Shown: one piece after another, positions 20,312-29,823 of the stretch
Position numbering within the stretch: position 1 is the stretch's first letter
Layout of the letters: each line of letters starts with the position of its first letter
Source: an uncultured bacterium
GTDB lineage: Bacteria > Bacteroidota > Bacteroidia > CAILMK01
Direction: 5' to 3'
Length of the DNA stretch: 64,000 nucleotides
Assembly: GCA_903829945.1 (NCBI GenBank)
Contig: CAIKRV010000063.1
Span: forward strand, 26,502-90,501
The notes under the pieces: generated by a model
Seen by the model: only the letters and a program-made list of their open reading frames with translations
What the model was told of the DNA's origin: nothing
Databases searched by the model: none
Translations under genes and position numbers: made by a program

Positions 20312-20340
20312 AAAAGCCGATATTTTATCGGCTTTTTTTA
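20312..20340 (+). terminator. Intrinsic terminator (aagccgat-atttt-atcggctt followed by T6)
   Basis: 8-bp GC-containing stem, followed by TTTTTT on the + strand. The minus-strand reading has only U4, so the + orientation is the stronger one. Confidence 0.65.
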
Positions 20341-20391
20341 TGTCTTTTAGCTAACGCTAAAATTAGTTTATCAGTATTATGGACTCAGCAC

Positions 20392-21441
20392 TTATTTATA
20401 GTATTTGTACTTATAGATGGCAGCTACGCTGCCATCAGCATCCGTAAATACTTCAAGTAATAGTTTACCTGAAGCATCATATGTATATGTATATCTATAT
20501 ATTAATACTCCAGGTGCGGTGCTGCGTTTCAGTTCCGTTAAATTGCCTTGCTTATCATATTTATATTTTGTTACGTAGCCCCATTGTTCATGTTGAGGTT
20601 CTTCATATTCATCATAAACATGGCCGGATTTATCGTATTTATACTTGATAAATTTGGTAATGGTATCCTTATCAAAATACTGCTTTTCAATAATTCTTTG
20701 ATTTTTATCCCTAAAGTATCGGTATCCTTCTGTTACAGCTCCGTCTTCTAAGGTTTTACGACCCATTGGCAAATCTGAATCATCATAAATACACTCCTCC
20801 ACCTCCCGGAGGGCATCTTGATCATCATAATATTTATATTTGGTAATCAATCCTTTAGGAGTACGTTCATAATCCACTTTAGGGAAGACCACACTTTTAT
20901 ATCCAAATATTTCTTTTTCAGATAAATACCCTTTTTCGTAGCGATAAAAACGATTCCCACGCAAGGTGTCTTTTTCTGCAGAATTAATTGCAAAGGTATA
21001 TCGATCACTGCTGCTTAGATAGCCATTGCTATCGTTATAACTATATTTAGTACTATCATACAAGTAGCGACCACCTTCGTAATGCGTTGATACAGAAGCA
21101 TTTATTTTACAATTTGGTAAATAATGCAATTTATGATGCAGTTCAATTTTACAAGGATCATTACCTTCATGAAGACATCCATTCAGGAATATAGGCTTAT
21201 AACCGGCATCCAATTTTAATTCAAATACTTTTTCAGGATGGGTATTTAAAATAGTATCCGCACCGGAATACCTGTAAACTTCCATACCATGGAGCTTATT
21301 CAATCTAAAGAGTTTTAAATCAATGCCATGTTCCGGAATTTGTGGAATGCCTTGATCATCATTTAGCTCATATTGCGCAAAGCAAATCTGACTCAAGCAA
21401 AGCAGGATAAAGGTAAATATTATTGGCATTGGCAAGGGCAA
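20392..21441 (-). CDS. Secreted YD-repeat (Rhs-repeat-like) protein
   Basis: 349-aa protein with signal peptide MPLPMPIIFTFILLCLSQICFAQ. It has repeated YD motifs (KYKYDKQGNLTE, YTYDASGKLL, KYKYDKSGHVYDEY). Confidence 0.55.
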   Translation of the reverse strand: MPLPMPIIFTFILLCLSQICFAQYELNDDQGIPQIPEHGIDLKLFRLNKLHGMEVYRYSGADTILNTHPEKVFELKLDAGYKPIFLNGCLHEGNDPCKIELHHKLHYLPNCKINASVSTHYEGGRYLYDSTKYSYNDSNGYLSSSDRYTFAINSAEKDTLRGNRFYRYEKGYLSEKEIFGYKSVVFPKVDYERTPKGLITKYKYYDDQDALREVEECIYDDSDLPMGRKTLEDGAVTEGYRYFRDKNQRIIEKQYFDKDTITKFIKYKYDKSGHVYDEYEEPQHEQWGYVTKYKYDKQGNLTELKRSTAPGVLIYRYTYTYDASGKLLLEVFTDADGSVAAIYKYKYYK

Positions 21442-21569
21442 AAATAACTAAAATACACGCAAATCTTCTACTTTGGATGCACTTGAAATTGATAAAAAAA
21501 CGATTTTATACCATTTTATAAGGTAAATCTAATTAATTTCGCACGATTTTTAAAACTTAAGAAGCTTAT

Positions 21570-23747
21570 ATGAATTTACTGTACGGAGTACTCGCCACAG
21601 CCGTTGTGGGCTTGATTTTCAGCATGATTAAAACATCCTGGATTTCAAAACAAGATGCAGGTGACGACACCATGAAGAAGATTGCGAAGCATATTGCCGA
21701 TGGAGCACTTGCTTTCCTTAAAGCCGAATACAAGGCACTTTCCATCTTCGTTATTTTTGTAGCCATCCTTTTAGGATTATTGGCCAATCCTCAAACTTCC
21801 CACTGGCTAATAGCCGTGGCCTTTATTTTAGGTGCCTTCTTATCTGCATTTGCAGGTTTCTTGGGGATGCGCATCGCTACCAAAGCCAATGTACGTACCA
21901 CCCAAGCGGCGCGTACCAGCCTTTCCAAAGCCTTAAATGTATCTTTTTCAGGTGGAACGGTGATGGGAATCAATGTGGTTTCCTTAGGTATTCTTGGCAT
22001 TAGCCTGTTGTTTATTCTTTTTACCAATTATGCACCGATCGGCGGTGAAAATGGTAATGATATTCATAAAATTCTTGAAGTATTAATCGGATTCTCCTTA
22101 GGAGCTGAAAGCATTGCCTTATTTGCACGTGTAGGTGGCGGTATTTATACCAAAGCAGCCGACGTAGGTGCAGACTTAGTGGGTAAAGTTGAAGCCGGCA
22201 TTCCTGAAGATGACCCGCGCAACCCTGCCGTAATTGCCGATAACGTTGGTGATAACGTTGGTGACGTAGCCGGAATGGGTGCCGATTTATTCGGCTCCTT
22301 TGTAAGTACCATTCTCGCCACTATGGTTTTGGGTGCTTCCGTAAGTACCACCGGCGGGTTCAATATTAATACGGTACTATTGCCGGTATTATTAGCGGCC
22401 AGCGGTATTATTTTCTCCATTATCGGTTCATTGTTTGTTCGCGTAAAAGAAGGTGGTAATCCGCAAACGGCATTAAATATCGGAAATTTCGGTGCCGTAA
22501 TATTAATGGCTGCTTCCGCTTATTTTATTATCACAGGAATCCTTCCAAATGATATGACGGCCAGCGGTATTGCATTCCATCCTTTGGATGTATTTTATTC
22601 CGTAATTATAGGATTATCCGTAGGTACTTTGGTAAGTTTAGTTATTGAACATTATACTTCTATGGGTAGAAACCCGGTGAAGTTCATTGCTCGCCAATCA
22701 TCCACAGGTGCGGCAACTAATATAATTGCCGGCTTAAGTGTAGGTATGTTATCTACTGCTTTACCGGTATTGATTCTTGCTACCGGGATTATCCTGGCAC
22801 ATGCCACTGCAGGCCTATACGGTGTAGCTATCGCCGCCTCAGGCATGATGGCTACTACCGGCATCCAATTGGCGATTGATGCCTTTGGACCGATTGCAGA
22901 CAATGCGGGCGGTATTGCAGAAATGAGCCACTTGCCTAAAGAAGTTCGTGAAAAAACGGATGTATTAGATTCCGTAGGAAATACTACTGCTGCAATTGGA
23001 AAAGGTTTTGCCATTGCCTCCGCAGCACTAACCTCTTTAGCGATGTTCAGCGCCTTTATGGAAACCTCCAAATTGAGTGTTATTGATATTGCCAATGCGA
23101 AAGTATTGGGCGGTTTATTAATCGGCGGTATGATTCCATTCTTATTCTCATCCTTCTGTATGCGTGCGGTGGGTGATGCTGCCAATGCCATGGTGGAAGA
23201 AGTAAGACGTCAGTTCCGTGAAATAAAAGGCATTTTGGAAGGTACAGCAGAAGCAGATTATGAAAAATGCGTAGCGATTTCCACTCAAGCGGCCATTCGC
23301 CACATGATTATTCCGGGTGCTTTGGCTTTGGTATCTCCAATAGTCATTGGATTTATTTTAGGCCCAGAAGCTTTAGGCGGATTTTTATCCGGCGTTTTGG
23401 TTTCCGGGGTAATGATGGCATTTTTCCAATCCAATGCCGGTGGTGCATGGGATAATGCTAAGAAGATTTTTGAAAAAGGCGTAGAAATTAAAGGCGAAAT
23501 GTTTTATAAAGGTTCAGAGCCGCATAAAGCTGCCGTAGTAGGTGATACCGTTGGTGATCCATTTAAAGATACCTCCGGACCTTCCCTTAATATTTTAATT
23601 AAGTTGGTATCCATCGTAGCCATGGTTATAGCACCCATCCTACCGATGGCTACCCAAACCGGTACCGCCAAAGCCATCGAGAAAACAAGTATTAATAAAA
23701 CTGTTATTTCCGCTGCCAATACCGGTACTGAAAATAGCACGAAATAA
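21570..23747 (+). CDS. hppA: Membrane-bound H+/Na+-translocating pyrophosphatase
   Basis: 725-aa polytopic protein. The motifs GGIYTKAADVGADLVGKVE, DNVGDNVGD and DTVGDPFKDTSGPS are diagnostic of V-type pyrophosphatases. Confidence 0.95.
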   Translation: MNLLYGVLATAVVGLIFSMIKTSWISKQDAGDDTMKKIAKHIADGALAFLKAEYKALSIFVIFVAILLGLLANPQTSHWLIAVAFILGAFLSAFAGFLGMRIATKANVRTTQAARTSLSKALNVSFSGGTVMGINVVSLGILGISLLFILFTNYAPIGGENGNDIHKILEVLIGFSLGAESIALFARVGGGIYTKAADVGADLVGKVEAGIPEDDPRNPAVIADNVGDNVGDVAGMGADLFGSFVSTILATMVLGASVSTTGGFNINTVLLPVLLAASGIIFSIIGSLFVRVKEGGNPQTALNIGNFGAVILMAASAYFIITGILPNDMTASGIAFHPLDVFYSVIIGLSVGTLVSLVIEHYTSMGRNPVKFIARQSSTGAATNIIAGLSVGMLSTALPVLILATGIILAHATAGLYGVAIAASGMMATTGIQLAIDAFGPIADNAGGIAEMSHLPKEVREKTDVLDSVGNTTAAIGKGFAIASAALTSLAMFSAFMETSKLSVIDIANAKVLGGLLIGGMIPFLFSSFCMRAVGDAANAMVEEVRRQFREIKGILEGTAEADYEKCVAISTQAAIRHMIIPGALALVSPIVIGFILGPEALGGFLSGVLVSGVMMAFFQSNAGGAWDNAKKIFEKGVEIKGEMFYKGSEPHKAAVVGDTVGDPFKDTSGPSLNILIKLVSIVAMVIAPILPMATQTGTAKAIEKTSINKTVISAANTGTENSTK

Positions 23748-23769
23748 ATATTCGAATTATCTAATAAAC

Positions 23770-23806
23770 AAGAAAGCCTTCCCATGGAAGGCTTTCTTGT
23801 TTTAGG
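23770..23806 (+). terminator. Intrinsic terminator of hppA
   Basis: Perfect 13-bp stem aagaaagccttcc/ggaaggctttctt with loop cat, followed by gTTTT. Confidence 0.7.
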
Positions 23807-23959
23807 GAAGGTTAAGAAATTAAATAATGGGGCAATTAGAGATGTAACCCGGTCGTTTTATACTTTTGGAGCAATGCCGGAACTAAGTGTGAACAATATC
23901 CAACTCAATGATCTATGGCCTATCTTCGTAGAATAAGTAATAATTATAAGTAATGCAGG

Positions 23960-24577
23960 ATGATAAAATTATTAATAAGACTAAATACAAAACCTACTTT
24001 TATTTCTTTAACATGTTTAGTATTGTTTATTATTTCTATTCCATTAGAAATTTACAATTACCATCATAGCGTTTCATCTACCCTTGGATGGTTCTTGTTG
24101 TTTATGATTTTGTTTTATATTATTCTTTGCGTGCTATACCTAATCGATAGAGTACTCGTCAAACTAATAAAAATAAATACGAGGCTATTAAGTATCCTGG
24201 AAATTGTATTTACCTTGTGTTTTTATTTATTATTTAAATACTATACAAGACAACTCAATCTAGACTGTGTAAATTCCAAGCAAGCATTTATTTTAATAAT
24301 TGAAAACCCGGGCAATCTTAGCAACAGCCCTTATACCGCTAAATCACTATTTGATAAAGAAATTAGTACCAAGGATAACTTGATTATTGTAAATCATATT
24401 CCCAATAATATTAACCTTAATGATCCTCCTAAATTTTGGAAGGGAAGTTATTATTACAATAAATATGTATTCACTAAGTACAAAAATGTTGTTTTGTATT
24501 CAAAACCGGATTTAAACATAGATCATCGCATTTCCGAAAGATTTATTGATAGCCTAATGGAACGTAAAAAGTATTGA
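23960..24577 (+). CDS. Hypothetical membrane protein (orphan) within an AT-rich islet
   Basis: 205-aa protein. It has three predicted N-terminal TM helices and then a soluble C-terminal half. No recognisable motif. The local AT content is very high. Confidence 0.35.
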   Translation: MIKLLIRLNTKPTFISLTCLVLFIISIPLEIYNYHHSVSSTLGWFLLFMILFYIILCVLYLIDRVLVKLIKINTRLLSILEIVFTLCFYLLFKYYTRQLNLDCVNSKQAFILIIENPGNLSNSPYTAKSLFDKEISTKDNLIIVNHIPNNINLNDPPKFWKGSYYYNKYVFTKYKNVVLYSKPDLNIDHRISERFIDSLMERKKY

Positions 24578-24819
24578 TAAGGTTAGTTTTATATTATAAT
24601 TCTTTGCATAAAAATAAATCAAAAGCATGGTTTGTCCGAAATCAGGTTTTCTTGTTGTTTGAAATTATTGTTTATCTTTGTTTATACAAAATTTTCATCA
24701 ATGAAAAACTATTCAACCTTAAAGCCACTTGGGATATTTCTTTACACTTTTGCATTATTAATTAATATTCAATACGTTAAAGGGCAAAAAATAGATTTTA
24801 AAAAGCAATTAGTAGAATT

Positions 24820-26286
24820 ATGAAGAACATACTAATTTTCTTTTTAATGATGACATTAATGTCTAACCATTCGAATGCACAACATGCCTTCCATCGCATT
24901 TACGGTGATTCAGTTTCAACACAAAATGCCTCAATGGTAAAAGAAGTACCGGGCGGTTATATAATATATGGCACCAAACAAGATATTAATGGTAATGGAA
25001 CCTTAAATATATGCAAATTAAATACACACGCCGATACCATCTTCACCAAACAGATTTTCCCACCTAATGCATCTATTACTTCTATTGTAAACTATAATTC
25101 AATGGACGATTCTTATACCTTCGGTGCTTTAAGTGATTCCGGTAAATCTGTTTTTCTTATACTCATTAAAGTCAATAATTCGGGTTCGATTGTCACTCAA
25201 AATAAATTTTTACTTCAAATTGATACTTTTAACAAAATAATTAGAATCAATATTGTGGTTTCACCGGATAAAGGCAATATAATTTCCGGGCTTTATAATC
25301 TTAATAACAAAGCATCTGCCTTTTTAGTAAAGTTAGATTCTGTAGGACGGACGAAATGGGTTGTATCATCTTATCATCCTGTAGAATTTTCTTATATGAA
25401 TGGTTTTTATGTCGGGAATAATTTTATCATTGCAGGACTTGGAATTAAAAATTACGAATCGGGTATAGATTTTTCACTAATAGATTCAACAGGGCATTTA
25501 ATAAAATCCAAGTTTTATATTTTGAATACCTCTCCTACCACTGAAATATTAGGCTCGGCAACTCAAAACCACTTGACCATCCAATTTGATCAGTCTCGGT
25601 ATTATTCTCAGAAAAATGGCTTGGTGACTAAACCTACTTATATGCGAATAAATCAAAATCTTGATACTATTTGGATGCGAAGTATAGTTCCATCTGATAC
25701 GTTCAATTATCCTGATTGTATTCCTTATGCTGTATGTTTGACTCATGCTCCAAATTCTTCGATTTTAGTAAATTGGGCAGCTAGCGTTTATGCATTTAAT
25801 AATGGACTAACCTTAATTGATTCCAATGGCAATTTCATTTGGACCAAAAGTATTGATAAAATTGATTCCTTACCGAAGAATTCTCTAAAAATATTTTCTT
25901 CAATTATACCAACGGACGACGGTGGATGTGCTTTGGTAGGTTATTTAAGAATTCCCTATATAATTAAAACAAGTTATTTTTATTACTTTCTTAAAATAGA
26001 TTCATTATTTTCTTATACAGGAATCGAATCTATAAAGTTTATAGATAAAAACATTAATATTTATCCAAATCCGGCAAATTCTTCATTCGTAATTAACTCT
26101 CAGCAATCAATGAACAATGCATTGATAAATCTTTATAATTTACAAGGACAACTCGTACAGAGCTATCCAAATCTTAGTGGAACATCACTAATTATTCCCC
26201 GCAATAATCTTCCTGCAGGAGTTTATCTATTAAAAATACAAGATAGCCAGAATCAACCCTATTTTACGAAGGTTATATATAATTAG
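24820..26286 (+). CDS. Secreted protein of unknown function with a T9SS C-terminal sorting domain
   Basis: Signal peptide MKNILIFFLMMTLMSNHSNAQ. The C-terminal ~80 aa (INIYPNPANSSFVIN...LPAGVYLLKIQDSQNQPYFTKVIYN) match the Por/T9SS type-A CTD. The N-terminal ~400 aa carry no recognisable motif. Confidence 0.6.
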   Translation: MKNILIFFLMMTLMSNHSNAQHAFHRIYGDSVSTQNASMVKEVPGGYIIYGTKQDINGNGTLNICKLNTHADTIFTKQIFPPNASITSIVNYNSMDDSYTFGALSDSGKSVFLILIKVNNSGSIVTQNKFLLQIDTFNKIIRINIVVSPDKGNIISGLYNLNNKASAFLVKLDSVGRTKWVVSSYHPVEFSYMNGFYVGNNFIIAGLGIKNYESGIDFSLIDSTGHLIKSKFYILNTSPTTEILGSATQNHLTIQFDQSRYYSQKNGLVTKPTYMRINQNLDTIWMRSIVPSDTFNYPDCIPYAVCLTHAPNSSILVNWAASVYAFNNGLTLIDSNGNFIWTKSIDKIDSLPKNSLKIFSSIIPTDDGGCALVGYLRIPYIIKTSYFYYFLKIDSLFSYTGIESIKFIDKNINIYPNPANSSFVINSQQSMNNALINLYNLQGQLVQSYPNLSGTSLIIPRNNLPAGVYLLKIQDSQNQPYFTKVIYN

Positions 26287-26398
26287 AGTTAATTAATTTA
26301 AATTCGATATGGCTCAATAGGCTCCCATAGTCTTTGCAATCACTTGCTCATGGTGAAACTATATAGTAAATAAGTCTCTTCGATCCATATAAAAACAT

Positions 26399-26431
26399 AA
26401 GGCCGCCCTAAAAGGACGGCCTTATGTTTTT
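26399..26431. terminator. Bidirectional terminator between the convergent T9SS-cargo gene and ettA
   Basis: aaggccgccc-taaa-aggacggcctt hairpin, flanked by an A-run upstream and a T-run downstream. Confidence 0.6.
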
Positions 26432-26446
26432 AGTAATATTTATTAT

Positions 26447-28132
26447 TTATACCGTAAGTTTTTTAAATCTTGGTCTGCGCGGTTCATGGTCGCCCAAGCG
26501 TTTTTTCTTGGCTTCTTCATATTCGGTATAGTCGCCCTCGTACCAATACCATTGGCTATCGCCTTCATAAGCCAATATATGCGTCGCAATTCTATCCAGG
26601 AACCAACGATCATGCGTAATGATGACTGCGCATCCTGCAAAATTATCCAGGGCTTCTTCTAAGGCACGCAGGGTATTTATATCTATATCATTGGTAGGCT
26701 CATCCAGTAATAATACATTTGCCTCCTGTTTTAAGGTCATCGCCAAATGCAATCGATTTCTTTCTCCTCCGGAGAGCACGCCCACTTTCTTTTGTTGGTC
26801 GGCCCCGGAAAAGTTAAATTTAGAAACATAGGCCCTGGAGGGCATACTTACTTTTCCTAATTCTATAATTTCATTGCCGCCGGAAATAACTTCCCAAACC
26901 GTCTTTTCAGGATCTATTTCCGCATGCATTTGGTCCACGTAGGATATTTTCACCGTCTCACCCGTTTCAAAGGAGCCGGAATCTGCGCCTTCCAATCCCA
27001 TGATCATTTTAAAAATAGTGGTTTTACCGGCACCATTCGGGCCTATAATGCCCACTATACCCGCAGGGGGCAAGGAAAAGGTCAAATTTTCCATCAGGAT
27101 ACGATCCCCGAAAGATTTATTCACATTGACGGCTTCTATAACTTTAGTACCTAATCGAGGACCATTCGGAATAAAGAGCTCCAATTTTGCTTCTTTCTCC
27201 TTATTGTCTTCATTCATGAGCTTATCATAGGCATTTAAGCGGGCTTTACCTTTGGCTTGTCTGGCTTTAGGCGCCATCCGTGCCCATTCCAATTCTCTTT
27301 GCAAGGTTTTCTGACGTTTGCTTTCCTGCTTTTCTTCCTGGGCTAAGCGTTTGGTCTTTTGATCCAACCATGAGCTGTAATTCCCTTGCCAAGGAATACC
27401 TTCTCCCCTATCCAATTCCAATATCCATCCGGCCACATTATCCAGGAAGTATCTATCATGCGTTACGGCAATGACGGTTCCTTTATAGTTTTGTAAAAAT
27501 TGCTCTAACCAATCTATACTTTCCGCATCCAAGTGGTTGGTCGGCTCATCCAATAATAATATATCCGGAGTTTGCAATAATAGTCGGCACAAGGCAACCC
27601 TTCTTCTTTCACCACCGGAAAGATTTTTAATGGGGGTATCCCCTTCCGGCGTACGAAGCGCATCCATGGCTCGTTCCAATTTATTATCAATTTCCCAGGC
27701 ATCGGCAGCTTCAATTTTATCCATCAGCTCGCCTTGGCGGTCCATCAATTTTTGCAATTTATCCGGGTCGTCCAAATATTCAGGTTCTGCAAATTTATTA
27801 TTCACGTCTTCATATTCGGCCAATAAATCCATGATGGGTTGAACCCCCTCCTGTACTATTTCTTTTACGGTTTTGTTATCATCCAGTTTTGGCTCTTGGG
27901 GCAAATAACCCACCGAATAGCCGGGTGAAAATACTACTTCCCCGTTAAAACTTTTTTCTTCGCCTGCTATAATGCGTAATAAGGTAGATTTACCGGAGCC
28001 GTTCAAACCGATAATACCGATTTTGGCACCATAGTAAAAGCCTAAATATATATCTTTTAAAACTTGTTTCTGCGGAGGGAAAATCTTGGAGACTTTCACC
28101 ATGGAAAATATTACTTTTTTATCGTCAGCCAT
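26447..28132 (-). CDS. ettA: ABC-F family energy-dependent translational throttle protein
   Basis: Two ABC cassettes (GLNGSGKSTLLRI and GPNGAGKTTIFKM, with LSGGE signatures). The start is set at MADDKKVIFSMVKVSK (~28132), which matches the EttA N-terminus. The ORF in the track extends further, to 28225. Confidence 0.9.
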   Translation of the reverse strand: MADDKKVIFSMVKVSKIFPPQKQVLKDIYLGFYYGAKIGIIGLNGSGKSTLLRIIAGEEKSFNGEVVFSPGYSVGYLPQEPKLDDNKTVKEIVQEGVQPIMDLLAEYEDVNNKFAEPEYLDDPDKLQKLMDRQGELMDKIEAADAWEIDNKLERAMDALRTPEGDTPIKNLSGGERRRVALCRLLLQTPDILLLDEPTNHLDAESIDWLEQFLQNYKGTVIAVTHDRYFLDNVAGWILELDRGEGIPWQGNYSSWLDQKTKRLAQEEKQESKRQKTLQRELEWARMAPKARQAKGKARLNAYDKLMNEDNKEKEAKLELFIPNGPRLGTKVIEAVNVNKSFGDRILMENLTFSLPPAGIVGIIGPNGAGKTTIFKMIMGLEGADSGSFETGETVKISYVDQMHAEIDPEKTVWEVISGGNEIIELGKVSMPSRAYVSKFNFSGADQQKKVGVLSGGERNRLHLAMTLKQEANVLLLDEPTNDIDINTLRALEEALDNFAGCAVIITHDRWFLDRIATHILAYEGDSQWYWYEGDYTEYEEAKKKRLGDHEPRRPRFKKLTV

Positions 28133-28295
28133 AAAACTATTTATTAAATCTATAAGAACAGCAAAGATACGTGAATGCCTCTTGATTTCTGAATTTTGCA
28201 GATGAAATAAAAACTTACCCGGCAAGAAGGATGGGCCTTATCCATATAAACAATTAAAATTAGCAGAATTAAAAAATGTTACCCGCAATACATCC

Positions 28296-29759
28296 TCATC
28301 GTTTTTTAACAATAATCAATGCCTCATCATCATATATTTGTTGCCAATGGGCCGTATCCCGGAGTTCTTTTATTTTGGCCTGTTGCTGGGCATCATTGAG
28401 CGGATAGGCCGCCTTAGATTTATTTAAAACCATATAGGTACATGGAAAATTTTGAGTTGGAAACACAAAAATGCTATCGCGAAAGGCCAGGTGCGGACAA
28501 AATTCAGATTGAGCGCAAACGGACGCTTGAGCAGGAATCAATTCCAAAGCCTGGTTTACTTTTTTAACATTAAAATTAGCTTGGTAATGGGTGCCTTTAA
28601 AGAAATTATATTGCTCCTCCGGAAACCAATCGGTGCTGCGATTAAATAAAGTATAAATAGAGGAAAATCCTATTAAAAAAGTGCTAAAAATGGCCAAAAT
28701 GACTTGCTTTTTGGGATTTTTAGTTACCCATAAACACCATTCAAAAACTGCAATAGTTAGAATAGGGACAAACTCTATACAATACTGATAACATAAACCC
28801 CATTTTTCAGGGGCATCATTAAATAATTTCTGACCATATATCGGGAGCAACATGACTAAATATTTAGGACGAAAAAGCAAAGCAAATCCGCCACTTACCC
28901 ATACCATCAAATGCAATTGCGTTTTATAATTATTAAAAATTAAATCCTTTGTCGTATTGGTATATAAAAGTTTAAAAGAATAAATAGGTTTCGTTAAAAG
29001 ACATAGGAAGGCTTCATGAAAATCCTTCCCAAGGGCCTTGAATTGAAAATGTAAATATTCATGATTCCCGGCATCCAAAGCAGGCATTACCCATTTAACC
29101 ATTCCAAAAAAATAAAACAAGGCAATAAGTCCGAAAATCGATGCAAATTTTAAATTTTCCTTATTCTTACTATTGCCAATAATTAAACCAAGACAGATAA
29201 AAAAAGCCCATAAGGCCATATTTTCTTTACCTATGAGTATCAATATAAAAAACAAAGCAGCACCTTTATAGTTTTTAATATTAAAATAATATAAAAACCA
29301 AGGTACCAACATAGCTGCCACCACATTATTATGATAGTCAAATTCCAAAGCGGAATAGATGCCCCAACTGCATAAAAAAGCAGTCATGGCCAGTACAGGT
29401 ATATATTTTTGTTCGGTGCTTTTTTTAAAATAAAAATATACCCCGTAGGCTCCAAAAAGCAGTGCAATAATTTGAATAACTAATAAGGTATAGGTTCCCA
29501 AAATAAATTGAAAAGGAACAAAAAACAGCAAATACAATTCAAAATGATCTGAAAGTATATTATGTACCTTCATCAGGGAGGTATGGGCGTGCCCATGCGC
29601 ATAATTCCATAGGGCATTGGAGTATATACCTAAATCCCAAGCAAAGGTGCGGTACAAAGCATGATTAAGCAGAGAAATGGAAGAAAATACCAATGCAAAG
29701 AGTAATAAGATACTCCAAACCATTATACGTGGTTTATGGGTTTTAATTTCCTGAATCAT
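28296..29759 (-). CDS. DUF2079-family polytopic membrane protein (putative glycosyltransferase-like)
   Basis: 487-aa protein with ~12 predicted TM helices and a conserved FNIKNYKGAALFFILIL segment. No catalytic motif assigned. Confidence 0.55.
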   Translation of the reverse strand: MIQEIKTHKPRIMVWSILLLFALVFSSISLLNHALYRTFAWDLGIYSNALWNYAHGHAHTSLMKVHNILSDHFELYLLFFVPFQFILGTYTLLVIQIIALLFGAYGVYFYFKKSTEQKYIPVLAMTAFLCSWGIYSALEFDYHNNVVAAMLVPWFLYYFNIKNYKGAALFFILILIGKENMALWAFFICLGLIIGNSKNKENLKFASIFGLIALFYFFGMVKWVMPALDAGNHEYLHFQFKALGKDFHEAFLCLLTKPIYSFKLLYTNTTKDLIFNNYKTQLHLMVWVSGGFALLFRPKYLVMLLPIYGQKLFNDAPEKWGLCYQYCIEFVPILTIAVFEWCLWVTKNPKKQVILAIFSTFLIGFSSIYTLFNRSTDWFPEEQYNFFKGTHYQANFNVKKVNQALELIPAQASVCAQSEFCPHLAFRDSIFVFPTQNFPCTYMVLNKSKAAYPLNDAQQQAKIKELRDTAHWQQIYDDEALIIVKKR

Positions 29760-29823
29760 TATTTAAAAATAAAACGACAAAACTAAGGCATCCCTTTACT
29801 CCCGGGCACTTTTCATTATAATG

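Larger units (their letters stand above)
19847..20340 (+). ncRNA. Candidate structured ncRNA carrying a tandem array of stem-loops with a CCGUAA hexaloop
   Basis: This is the intergenic region between two minus-strand genes. I count 12 hairpins with an identical loop CCGUAA closed by C:G, at 19896-913, 19931-950, 19958-975, 19991-20012, 20018-035, 20052-069, 20078-095, 20111-130, 20137-154, 20169-192, 20254-272 and 20281-299. A further variant hairpin (loop CUCCAA) is at 20199-214. All loops point the same way. The region ends with the + strand intrinsic terminator at 20312-20340. Confidence 0.45.

Noticed and set aside
21791-23785. Antisense ORFs within hppA (21791-22027, 22145-22420, 22652-23191, 23504-23785)
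   Set aside because: They overlap a strongly supported pyrophosphatase gene. Their G/A/P/T-rich translations are typical of the reverse strand of Gly/Ala-rich membrane proteins.
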